Virus record (IMG/VR): IMGVR_UViG_3300031992_000005
Coordinates: 1 to 64,000 of that record
DNA: 64,000 bases
Direction: 5' to 3' (one strand)
DNA from: a virus
Part shown: piece by piece, positions 52,992-61,806 of the stretch
How the letters are laid out: each line of letters starts with the position of its first letter
How positions within the stretch are numbered: position 1 is the first letter of the stretch
The notes under the pieces: generated by a model
What the model saw: the letters and a program-made list of their open reading frames with translations, nothing else
Told to the model about the DNA's origin: nothing
Databases searched by the model: none
Translations under genes and position numbers: made by a program

Positions 52992-54471
52992 AAAACGCCT
53001 TTCTAATTTTTATTAATATATCATCTACTACAGATTTGTCAATTTCATCAGGGAGAGATGAATTAGCCATAGCCTGTTTCATCTCCTCGTCTTTACTTTC
53101 TAAGAATTTCATAAGATCATCATATACGACATTACCTTCTCGAATATTCATCAAGAATTCTCTATCGATATTTCTTCGATCTAATTTCATGCCTTCTCCT
53201 TTGGCGATCTCAATTCCCATTGTTAAGAGTCTAGCACTATGACAAGCATTTTTCAGGTCATAATGTCCTTTCTTTGCGAGATTAAATCTCTCTTCATTAT
53301 GATGCTTATTCCAGTCATTGTATTCATGATACTGCTTACAATAGTTCGAGTAGCCATCTTTATTATAAGATACATCAATGAGAGGCAACTCACCTTTCGG
53401 AATGGAGCTTAGTCTTACTTGATTACTAGTATCAGCCAAGTTAACTAATCCCTTATAGCCAAAAGGCTTTTTATATCTCTCCCAAGTGAGATGAATGAAA
53501 TCTCCTTCATCATATGCCCCGAATAATGTAAAAGCATTTACGAATAGTAATTTCCAGAATGGATCAATATCTTGGAAATTCTCCGTGAACGTATTGGAGA
53601 ATTTTGGCAAATGTTCTGCAAATTCTTCTTCTGTTGTAATACCAATATCCTTAAGATGTGCTCCCCAGTCATAGTACATGCTATACATGCAGTTCATTCC
53701 GTCCAGGTTAACTAATCCACAGAATTCCTGCTTCAATTTATTGAAACCTAGGTAATCGACAACCTTCTTAACATCACCGTCAACTGCATATAAGATATAC
53801 TCTAGACAGCTCTTAAGTGGACCTGTCATAGGTTGAGTAATTTTCTTCTTTAGATCCCTAGCTCTTTCAATCTGAGTCTTAGCATATCCTAAGAATGAAT
53901 GGAAGCATTTCTTAGTGATAAACCTATCTCTTTCCTGTAAGATAATATCCATTAATGGATGTTTATAAAGAATTTTATCTTCAGGAACAAATAAAGACTC
54001 TAAGACATTTGGATTTGATTTAAGCAAGAGGAGAAGAAATTTTTTGAGACTAAACCAAGACTCATTATTATCCCGAGTATTAATATCCTCTGGAAAATCC
54101 AGTCCTGTTCCAAAACAGATTTCCATAGGTTCAATGAATACTCCGCCATGATCTTCATCGCTTTCTGGCCTATCTAAGCCATATAAACGACTACCACGTA
54201 TATATTCATATAACAAGAACCCATTTTTTCTAATGTAATCAAATTCAAAATGATCTAATGAATAGTCATCCTGAATAGCTACATTAGTAGTACAGAATTC
54301 ACTATTAATTTCTATTGTATAAACTTTACCAACTTCTACTATGAAAGTTTTTTCAAGTAAGTCGATAACAGTTCCTACCATTCTCCAACACCATCTATGC
54401 TGAAGAATTATTAAGGTTGACCCTTTTTCAATAGTCTTTCCATAAAAGTCTACAAATTTCATTTTTTCCAT
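52978..54471 (-). CDS. Pol-beta-fold nucleotidyltransferase, RlaP-like (PF10127-type)
   Basis: 497 aa. GSRLYGLDRPESDEDHGGVF matches the GS..YG....SD.D..GV nucleotidyltransferase motif. It has an approx. 85-aa N-terminal extension. Confidence 0.7.
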   Translation of the reverse strand: MEKMKFVDFYGKTIEKGSTLIILQHRWCWRMVGTVIDLLEKTFIVEVGKVYTIEINSEFCTTNVAIQDDYSLDHFEFDYIRKNGFLLYEYIRGSRLYGLDRPESDEDHGGVFIEPMEICFGTGLDFPEDINTRDNNESWFSLKKFLLLLLKSNPNVLESLFVPEDKILYKHPLMDIILQERDRFITKKCFHSFLGYAKTQIERARDLKKKITQPMTGPLKSCLEYILYAVDGDVKKVVDYLGFNKLKQEFCGLVNLDGMNCMYSMYYDWGAHLKDIGITTEEEFAEHLPKFSNTFTENFQDIDPFWKLLFVNAFTLFGAYDEGDFIHLTWERYKKPFGYKGLVNLADTSNQVRLSSIPKGELPLIDVSYNKDGYSNYCKQYHEYNDWNKHHNEERFNLAKKGHYDLKNACHSARLLTMGIEIAKGEGMKLDRRNIDREFLMNIREGNVVYDDLMKFLESKDEEMKQAMANSSLPDEIDKSVVDDILIKIRKAFYGLH

Positions 54472-54510
54472 AAAAATATATTTATTAAATACATATTTAA
54501 GGGAATAATG

Positions 54511-54541
54511 TCCCCTTAAATTCTTATTTATATATGATAAC
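54511..54541 (+). promoter_or_regulatory. plus-strand phage promoter-like motif inside a minus-strand gene block
   Basis: TCCCCTTAAATTCTTATTTATATATGATAAC. It forms an inverted repeat (TTAAGGG/CCCTTAA) with the minus-direction motif serving 52978-54471. Confidence 0.5.
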
Positions 54542-54633
54542 GAATTTAATTGTCAGTTTCAGTTTCGTTTGCTTAATTTTAGTGGTGGCTTATTATCTAT
54601 CCAAGAATGGAAGGTAATAAGCCTTTCTTTTTT
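54542..54633 (+). ncRNA. candidate approx. 90-nt antisense-oriented small transcript (or 27-aa hydrophobic peptide mRNA)
   Basis: It runs from the promoter motif at 54511-54541 to a 9-bp hairpin (GGCTTATTA/TAATAAGCC, 54587-54623) plus TTTCTTTTTT. Confidence 0.4.
54587..54633 (+). terminator. intrinsic terminator on the plus strand
   Basis: 9-bp stem, 19-nt loop, T-rich tail. Confidence 0.65.
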
Positions 54634-54698
54634 GTTCAAAAAAAAAATAAGAAGGGAACAACCTAATCTCTAGGTCCCTCCCCTCCTTACTATAAACT

Positions 54699-55964
54699 TT
54701 AGGAAAATATCTTATTTTCTAACTGGATGCTTGATCCGATATTGTCTCCATTCCTACTCTGAATGAAAGTCAATAGGCCGAGCTTCTTTAATCCAAGCAA
54801 AACTACTGCTGCAAAATCCTTTGGATATACACTTTGAATTACTGAAGCAAGTCCCCCAGACAGTTCTGCATCTAAAACTCTCAGAGACAAATTGGCTGTC
54901 TTTTCTGCAAATAACAGTATTGCATTCATTATACCTAACCAAGCCACAATCTTATTGAAGTTAAAGGTTGGACTCAAGAATCTAAATTCTACAGTCTTAT
55001 TAATCCTATAACACAATAAGTTGACTAAGTTCATCCAGTAATATCTGGTAGGTATTCTCCATTTTGCCTCACGAGTAATATCACGTGGATGTGGTTGTGT
55101 GAAACTACCCATGTAATTCTTACCCACCAGGTATGCATATAGTGCATTGAAATTTGGCAGAGAATCTATACTAGGCAATTTCTTACAGTAATCCTTGCCA
55201 GTAGCCTTATACTCTGAACTTCTAAATGCCAGAGGTGGAAGAATAGTCGATAATTCGCATTCTAGCTTCTTACAAACTCGATAGAGATTATAGACTACTT
55301 CTGGTACCATAGGGTAACCCCCCAGGTGAACATGCAGAGAACATTCCTTATTAAAGATGGTATATTCATTCAGGGTATCTACTTGTTGACGAAGGAGATT
55401 AATTCCCTCATTTCCAGAAAGAACCACGGTTGAATATTCCAATCCACCGATAGATCCATCTCTTAGTGGAATAAGACCGTCTCTGAAACAGAGGTGTTCT
55501 GGAATATATCCACCACTTGTCTCAAACTCAAGACCAAAGGTATACTTGAGATATTTAGACAGTTCATAGAAGTCTATCTTTAATAGCTTCTGCTTATCCT
55601 TGAAAATGTCAAAGCTTTCTACAGCCTCATATTTTCTGACGAATCTCTGATAAGGATATCTACCATTTCCATAAGTGAATCTCTCACGAAGATAACCTTC
55701 CTGCGAAAAATCTACAAATTTACTGAAATAAACACCTTGTAAGTTACTGTAGAAAATCTTATCCTTCACCAGCTCATAGCAAGCATTTACTGTTCTGAGA
55801 GAATGTGGGTCTTTGTCGTAATCAATCAACATTAATTGAATGATAGATGCTCTATCCGCTACATATCCGTATATTATGTGGCCATCTTTTAAGAGATCAA
55901 CCACCACTGACATACATCTTCCTTTATTCTCTAGATTTCCAGTATAACTATCTACTACTTTCAT
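54699..55964 (-). CDS. amidoligase (Amidoligase_2 / GCS2-like COOH-NH2 ligase)
   Basis: 421 aa. Contains FGLEFETSGG, GGLEYSTVV and CSLHVHLGG. Confidence 0.7.
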   Translation of the reverse strand: MKVVDSYTGNLENKGRCMSVVVDLLKDGHIIYGYVADRASIIQLMLIDYDKDPHSLRTVNACYELVKDKIFYSNLQGVYFSKFVDFSQEGYLRERFTYGNGRYPYQRFVRKYEAVESFDIFKDKQKLLKIDFYELSKYLKYTFGLEFETSGGYIPEHLCFRDGLIPLRDGSIGGLEYSTVVLSGNEGINLLRQQVDTLNEYTIFNKECSLHVHLGGYPMVPEVVYNLYRVCKKLECELSTILPPLAFRSSEYKATGKDYCKKLPSIDSLPNFNALYAYLVGKNYMGSFTQPHPRDITREAKWRIPTRYYWMNLVNLLCYRINKTVEFRFLSPTFNFNKIVAWLGIMNAILLFAEKTANLSLRVLDAELSGGLASVIQSVYPKDFAAVVLLGLKKLGLLTFIQSRNGDNIGSSIQLENKIFS

Positions 55965-55970
55965 GTTACT

Positions 55971-57392
55971 TTAACCTTTAAATAAGCGAGCAACAAGCGT
56001 TGCTATCTCTGATTTCGTAAATTGTTGATTTGCTTCAACGGCTTTAAATGGTTTACTATACTGTTGACCATAACAAGTCGTTACCAAAGAGCCGTCCCTA
56101 TAGGACTTGGAAAATCCTTCACCCAATCTCTGAATGTGCCCTGTAAAAGGTACCGTCTTAGATCCTTCAACAACTTGGTGAACAATATTCTTGTCATCTA
56201 TGTAGAAAGGCTCTAAGCTGAGATATCTAATCAAGTAGCAATTCTTGATTAAGAAATCCTTGACAGAGGCACAGGTCTTTTTTCTTTGCACGGAAACTTC
56301 TTCCTCGTGTGTTATATATTTCCAGCACCTCTTATTTAAGAGTGGAATTCCGTTATAAAACCAAACTGAATGGGTTGTACAGTTTTTATCTTTTCCAAGA
56401 TCTGCCTCAGGAATTACTCTACCATAAATTGTGAGGTTATACTTACCATTCATAGGTACACCCCTCAATTGATAGGTGAAGTTCTCCATTGCTCTTATGT
56501 AATTAGACTGATGATATACACCATCACTATCATAATAGCCATTATAGACATGAGTATTTCCAAAGGCAGTGGTACCAACACCATTAAAACCAACGGTAGG
56601 TACTCCTCCCCCACTATAATATGTGGCTTTATATGGTTTCGTTTGGATAGCTTTATCTCTACTATAAACTCCAAGATCCACTAATCCATCCTCAGCTGTA
56701 TAAGACATTAAGTGATTTCCGTCAATGGTATATACCTTTTGTCCTCTTCTAAGGGCATCGAGATATTTACCTATTGATGAGAATACAATCTCATCTTCCG
56801 AATCATCAAAAGTCATATACAAAGGTCTTTCTTCCTCAGGCTTTACCGAATATTCTGTTCTCTTAGATATTCCCTTGAAGAACAGACACTTAGGGCTATC
56901 TACTCGATAGTCAATGATTACAAATACACTACCGCCATTATATTCTGACAGTACGTCATATCCCTTGTAATAGAAGATCCTGGCCATGACTTGTGAATCA
57001 GTCATGTCATCTATCTTAATGTTTGGGATATACTTTTGAGCAAGTTCTTTGTAATTATAGATTGTACCGTTATGAAGAACTACAAATCTGATTCTTCCAG
57101 ACTTATCCTTCAAAACAACAGGCTGAGCAGTTCTTTCATTGATGGCACCAACAGATGCTTTTCTACAATGTCCAACTGCTATCGTAGACTCTTTTTTATT
57201 TTTCAGAATCTTACTTTCAGTGAAGAAGTCTTGAAACAGCTTATTATCTCTAACGCCGTATTCATATTCTCCATCGATGAAGATTCCACACGAATCTCCG
57301 CCTCGGGAATCATTGTTGACCCCGAGTACAGAGAATGTAGAATAGTCGAATGCCCGTTTTTTCCTATTTATTATTCCGAAAAGTCCGCACAT
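55971..57392 (-). CDS. class-II (Ntn) glutamine amidotransferase domain protein with unknown C-terminal domain
   Basis: 473 aa. MCGLFGII (Cys2 nucleophile), VGHCRKASVG and VLHNGTIYN. The C-terminal approx. 230 aa is unassigned. Confidence 0.8.
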   Translation of the reverse strand: MCGLFGIINRKKRAFDYSTFSVLGVNNDSRGGDSCGIFIDGEYEYGVRDNKLFQDFFTESKILKNKKESTIAVGHCRKASVGAINERTAQPVVLKDKSGRIRFVVLHNGTIYNYKELAQKYIPNIKIDDMTDSQVMARIFYYKGYDVLSEYNGGSVFVIIDYRVDSPKCLFFKGISKRTEYSVKPEEERPLYMTFDDSEDEIVFSSIGKYLDALRRGQKVYTIDGNHLMSYTAEDGLVDLGVYSRDKAIQTKPYKATYYSGGGVPTVGFNGVGTTAFGNTHVYNGYYDSDGVYHQSNYIRAMENFTYQLRGVPMNGKYNLTIYGRVIPEADLGKDKNCTTHSVWFYNGIPLLNKRCWKYITHEEEVSVQRKKTCASVKDFLIKNCYLIRYLSLEPFYIDDKNIVHQVVEGSKTVPFTGHIQRLGEGFSKSYRDGSLVTTCYGQQYSKPFKAVEANQQFTKSEIATLVARLFKG

Positions 57393-58198
57393 GTTATTTC
57401 TTCTTCTAAGATATAGAACTTTCTAATTAATTCTTTTGCTTTTTCTGCATCACTATTATTAATAGCGACGATAGTATCCTCATACAAAGGAATATTCGAG
57501 CAACTATTATAAGCATTGATTGCTCTCATAACCTGATGGAACACAAACTTAATTGTTTTACTGTTCTTCATCATAGCGCTGGATAATACTCGATACTCAA
57601 CGCCATAATCGGTTAATCTGAAAGCTCCTGCCTTACCATACAGCGATCTTCTCCGAGTATCGGTATCAATAATCACTGATGGTAGTCCTACGAATGCATC
57701 CAGGTACTTTACAAGACACACTGAATCCTCGATATTAGGATTTTCATATCCAATATGCACATGGAATCCTGCTGATCTTAAGCAGGTATTCGTTCCCTTT
57801 GGCTTTGGATTTTCATTCTCAGTGTATGCATTGTAGTCAGGAGAGCACCCAAATAGTTTTGCCAATGGGTGTCTCAGCTGCGTCTTTGGTACCATTTCAC
57901 TTGCAGAACATTTGATTTCCAAATTTGGATCAATGTTCTTGATGTAAGTTGTAATATACTTTTTCATGTAATTGATGTTGTTAAGGAAAGCCAGTTCGCT
58001 AGTAACTGGTGGGATATTGAATTCGGCTAAGATATTATCTATCTCCAATCCAAATCCTTTTGGCATGTCCTCACCAACCCAAGGATTTCCTTTTTCTCCT
58101 GGAATAATACCGATAGCTGATACTACTGGCTTATCGGTTTTTGCACCGTTTACCAGGAACAACTCGGGATCTGCCCCAATTGTAACTTGACTAATCAT
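57371..58198 (-). CDS. phiEco32-type COOH-NH2 ligase (GCS-superfamily amidoligase)
   Basis: 275 aa. Contains TIGADPELFL, GLEIDNILAEFNIPP, AGFHVHIGY and GVEYRVLS. Confidence 0.65.
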   Translation of the reverse strand: MISQVTIGADPELFLVNGAKTDKPVVSAIGIIPGEKGNPWVGEDMPKGFGLEIDNILAEFNIPPVTSELAFLNNINYMKKYITTYIKNIDPNLEIKCSASEMVPKTQLRHPLAKLFGCSPDYNAYTENENPKPKGTNTCLRSAGFHVHIGYENPNIEDSVCLVKYLDAFVGLPSVIIDTDTRRRSLYGKAGAFRLTDYGVEYRVLSSAMMKNSKTIKFVFHQVMRAINAYNSCSNIPLYEDTIVAINNSDAEKAKELIRKFYILEEEITCADFSE

Positions 58199-58850
58199 TG
58201 TTCTTTTCCTCCTTTAATTTGATTTGTACAAGCTGACTTTCGATCAATTCGTTCAACATCTTCACCACTGGCTCAGTATCTCTCATAATCTCTGGATGAC
58301 CTTGAATTGCAAGGCATCTTGGATTTCCAGGCTTGGTATAAAGCACTACTTCAGGCTCCACCTTGATTGAATGAACATCAATCTTATCGCCTGCATAATA
58401 ACTGCTAATAGCATTTGCCCAATAGAGGATCTTGTATTCGTTACCAGGTAGATCAAATGGATACTGCATCTGATGATGAGTCGATGTGATCTGATAAGCA
58501 ACACTGCCATTTGTGATCTCATGTGTTCCGTATCTTGCATGACGATCACAATCCTGAATCAACTTACCTCCGTTCATAACGCAGAGGAACTGAGATCCAC
58601 GGCAAATACCAACTGCCAACTGACTTGGTTTGATCGAATCGAACACCTTCTTTTCTGCAGAGTCTCTACCCGCACTGTAATGCGTAGTCGAATGTGCCTG
58701 ACAGCCATAGAGAGATGGATTTACGTCTTCTCCACCAGTGAAAAGCACTACATCTGCATTCTTGATGTCCTTCACCAATTCATGATTGTTAATGAAATTC
58801 GCATAATAGGTTGAACCACCTACTACAAAAACTTTAATCTTCTTTTCCAT
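58191..58850 (-). CDS. class-I glutamine amidotransferase / peptidase C26 (gamma-glutamyl hydrolase-like)
   Basis: 219 aa. FTGGEDVNPSLYG, GICRGSQFL (nucleophile elbow), HHQM and IQGHPE. Confidence 0.75.
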   Translation of the reverse strand: MEKKIKVFVVGGSTYYANFINNHELVKDIKNADVVLFTGGEDVNPSLYGCQAHSTTHYSAGRDSAEKKVFDSIKPSQLAVGICRGSQFLCVMNGGKLIQDCDRHARYGTHEITNGSVAYQITSTHHQMQYPFDLPGNEYKILYWANAISSYYAGDKIDVHSIKVEPEVVLYTKPGNPRCLAIQGHPEIMRDTEPVVKMLNELIESQLVQIKLKEEKNND

Positions 58851-58855
58851 AAAGT

Positions 58856-59695
58856 TTACTTTGATTTAAGAAATTTTTTTGAAATTTTATCTAATATTTC
58901 TCTGTAAACAGAGAATCGTACTTCTCTTTCTTCGCGATTTTCCAGGAATTCTTGTAAATCTCCAGGAAACGCGACAGATGATTTTTTTATTTCACTCAAC
59001 ATTACAAAATCACTTTTTGATAAAGCATGATTTGATGTATATGTTGTAAAAACATTGTTTAATCTACAATTGTCGTATTCGTTTATAAGGTATTCAAGGC
59101 TTGTCTTAATACACCTATTGTTACGATAAATTGGACTATTCGATGAGGGATCAATAAGACTATGTAATTCAAATTCACAAGTACGTCTCGATCCAACATC
59201 AGACACTGTTCTATTCAACAGTGATATCATATTGATTAAACTGACAAACGAATACTTGGGATTATTCTTATGAGCTTTTATAAACTCATGAGCCTCAAAT
59301 AGTAAGAGGTTGTATGGGAATTCATACAGTAGCCTAGTCCAGGCTAGTATGAACTTGTGGTATAATTTTCTACCACCTACATGAAATGCAATTCTAACAT
59401 ATTTATGATTTTGCCATGTATAATCCCCTACCAGTACTTTTGACTCTTTACCTATCAGCTTGAGCCCAAGTTTTACATAGTTCCTAATGAAAGTCTTATC
59501 AAATGGGGCAAAATTGCTATAATGATTTTTCTTTATAGATTCATTTGTCGTATCGACAAGAATTCTATATGTAGAATCAAGCTCACTCTCCGGACTATTA
59601 AAGATGGTTCCGAAGCATGCATGACTATGAAAATTCTTATCTTCTTCTCCTATACAATAAATTGTACGATAACTAATGCATCTCCAATAACTCAT
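58856..59695 (-). CDS. hypothetical protein, tandem paralogue A
   Basis: 279 aa. It shares HK[YF].L...R..YEFP[FY]N..L and NPK motifs with 59702-60664. Confidence 0.6.
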   Translation of the reverse strand: MSYWRCISYRTIYCIGEEDKNFHSHACFGTIFNSPESELDSTYRILVDTTNESIKKNHYSNFAPFDKTFIRNYVKLGLKLIGKESKVLVGDYTWQNHKYVRIAFHVGGRKLYHKFILAWTRLLYEFPYNLLLFEAHEFIKAHKNNPKYSFVSLINMISLLNRTVSDVGSRRTCEFELHSLIDPSSNSPIYRNNRCIKTSLEYLINEYDNCRLNNVFTTYTSNHALSKSDFVMLSEIKKSSVAFPGDLQEFLENREEREVRFSVYREILDKISKKFLKSK

Positions 59696-59701
59696 ATAGC
59701 A

Positions 59702-60664
59702 TTATTTTCTAAAATGTTGTCTAACTATATCGTAAATTTCTAGGTATCGATTATTTTTTGCCTCAATTATTTGAGGCTTTAACCAATTTTCTAGGTTACC
59801 TTCTATATCTGTCCCTAAAAGACTTTCTTTTACTAACCTTGTCGAATTATTTGAGAAATATTTCCTAGCAGTTTCCTCTGTAGAAATTGATTTCAAAAAG
59901 TCCTTTGATTTTTGATAACTAACCCAAGACTTTATTTCATCTGTTCCCGTCAGATAATCTAGCCTGTTAGATCTTCCTCCAAAATCAAAATTATCCAATA
60001 AGTTACGAATTTCTTTGTTACTGAACATAAAGCTTCTTGGACCAAAGTTTATATCATGTCCAGAAACAGGAGTAGCAAAAGCTAGTTGATATATTGAATA
60101 TAAGGTCTGCAAAGGTATTCTCCATAACTTAGGATTATTTCGTCTAATCCGATATACATCCATTAATATCATATTAAATGGAAATTCATAAGCTCTTCTT
60201 AAATAGAAGAGAGCATACTTGTGAGCTATAGGTCTACTGTTTATCGTAAAAGATACCTCAAACGCTGGATAACGCTGTATAAAAATATCTTCTATTCTAA
60301 TATCAGATATATCTACTATCTTCACTAACGTCTTGATATACTGTAATAACTGTCTCTTATTAAAGAAACACTTATTATTTATTGAAGAACTGAGTAATTC
60401 TTCTTTATGAGCATCAAGAAATACAAGACTATATCTCAATTCAACTCTCTGATAGCTAGTTATCTTATTTTCTGCTATCTTAGCATCGAAAGCTGAGAAT
60501 ATGGTATTGAAACAAGCACTGTTAGCTACATACCCAACTCCTGTGCTATGAAGGAGCTTTCCTTTATACTTATATAAAGTCTTGAAATTCAAAAACCTAA
60601 ATTCGTTCATATTGAATTTAAATAAAAAAGTAGAGTACCCCCACAGAAGGTACTCTACATACAA
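59702..60664 (-). CDS. hypothetical protein, tandem paralogue B
   Basis: 320 aa, paralogous to 58856-59695. Confidence 0.6.
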   Translation of the reverse strand: MYVEYLLWGYSTFLFKFNMNEFRFLNFKTLYKYKGKLLHSTGVGYVANSACFNTIFSAFDAKIAENKITSYQRVELRYSLVFLDAHKEELLSSSINNKCFFNKRQLLQYIKTLVKIVDISDIRIEDIFIQRYPAFEVSFTINSRPIAHKYALFYLRRAYEFPFNMILMDVYRIRRNNPKLWRIPLQTLYSIYQLAFATPVSGHDINFGPRSFMFSNKEIRNLLDNFDFGGRSNRLDYLTGTDEIKSWVSYQKSKDFLKSISTEETARKYFSNNSTRLVKESLLGTDIEGNLENWLKPQIIEAKNNRYLEIYDIVRQHFRK

Positions 60665-60678
60665 ACGGTTACTTAATC

Positions 60679-61806
60679 TTAGTCTTCGTCGTCTTCAGCT
60701 TCCTTTTCCTTTTCTGGCTGCTTTGCCTCTTCTGGAGCTGGCTGTGGTTGAGGCTGAGCCTGACCACCGAACAGACCACCAAAGAGTCCGCCACCGTTAC
60801 CATTTCCACCGAAAGCGCCGAACGCCTGCATCATCAACAAATCCTTGAAGCTAGACTCGTCACCGTCCTTGTCACCCAAGAAGGCCAACATTGCCAAGTT
60901 ATTTGGAGCCACCTGACCATTGTTCTGGCTGAGGAGCATGAGTGGAAGGAGCTTTGAGAACTTTCCTTCACCTTCACCTTCATCGTCGTTGAGCGCCAAA
61001 AGCATCATAGGGTTGATACCACCACCGAAATTACCTGCGAGCGGAGAAACTACTACACGAACGTAGCTCTCGTTGAACAGGAAGTCCTTAATGGTGTGGA
61101 TAGTCTTGCCCGAACCGGTATAGCTGATCGCCTTGATCTTACCGAATTCGCCGATCTTAATGATCTTAGCAAAACTTCTGTCAAGAGCGATAACGTCACC
61201 CACCTGCAGCTGAGCCTTAGGCTTGCTGATTGTGTAAACTGGAACTGGAAGCGTAAACTCTTTTGGATAAGAGATAAGCTCGTTGTTCTGATTGATTGTG
61301 ACGTAACCTTCGTCGGTTTCTACACAGATGTTACCATCCTGTGCTACTCGTACACCCTTCACCTCTCTTGGCATCAATGTGTCCTTGAGGCGAGCCATGC
61401 AACCTGAAATAGAAGAATTTTTCTTCATGCTGTTTTCCTCCTTGCTTGAATTGTTTGTTTTATTGAATACTGGGATTGCTTCCTTACACCAGGTCTCGTA
61501 ACGAACTCTGTTAGCTACACTGGTGATATTTACTTTCTTAAGACCATAAGATCTCTGGAGTTCGTCAATGTACTCCTGATCTTCCGCAGAGAGCTCATCA
61601 ATAGACTTATCGAAAGTCTTAATGATGTAGAGCGAGTTACCTTTCTTCGTAATGATATTGTCGCCGGCATTTACACCTGTAAGGTGAGCATTGAGTTCTA
61701 CGTTTGCAATGTAAAACTTGCTGTTCTGCTGAGCGAACTTGATTACATCCTTGATGTTCTTAGGAACGAATCCTAGATTAGATGTATAGACAACAAATTT
61801 GTTCAT
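60679..61806 (-). CDS. hypothetical protein with G/F-rich and acidic C-terminal tail
   Basis: 375 aa. The C-terminus reads GGNGNGGGLFGGLFGGQAQPQPQPAPEEAKQPEKEKEAEDDED. The 3' two-thirds of the gene is visibly G+C-rich. Confidence 0.65.
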   Translation of the reverse strand: MNKFVVYTSNLGFVPKNIKDVIKFAQQNSKFYIANVELNAHLTGVNAGDNIITKKGNSLYIIKTFDKSIDELSAEDQEYIDELQRSYGLKKVNITSVANRVRYETWCKEAIPVFNKTNNSSKEENSMKKNSSISGCMARLKDTLMPREVKGVRVAQDGNICVETDEGYVTINQNNELISYPKEFTLPVPVYTISKPKAQLQVGDVIALDRSFAKIIKIGEFGKIKAISYTGSGKTIHTIKDFLFNESYVRVVVSPLAGNFGGGINPMMLLALNDDEGEGEGKFSKLLPLMLLSQNNGQVAPNNLAMLAFLGDKDGDESSFKDLLMMQAFGAFGGNGNGGGLFGGLFGGQAQPQPQPAPEEAKQPEKEKEAEDDED

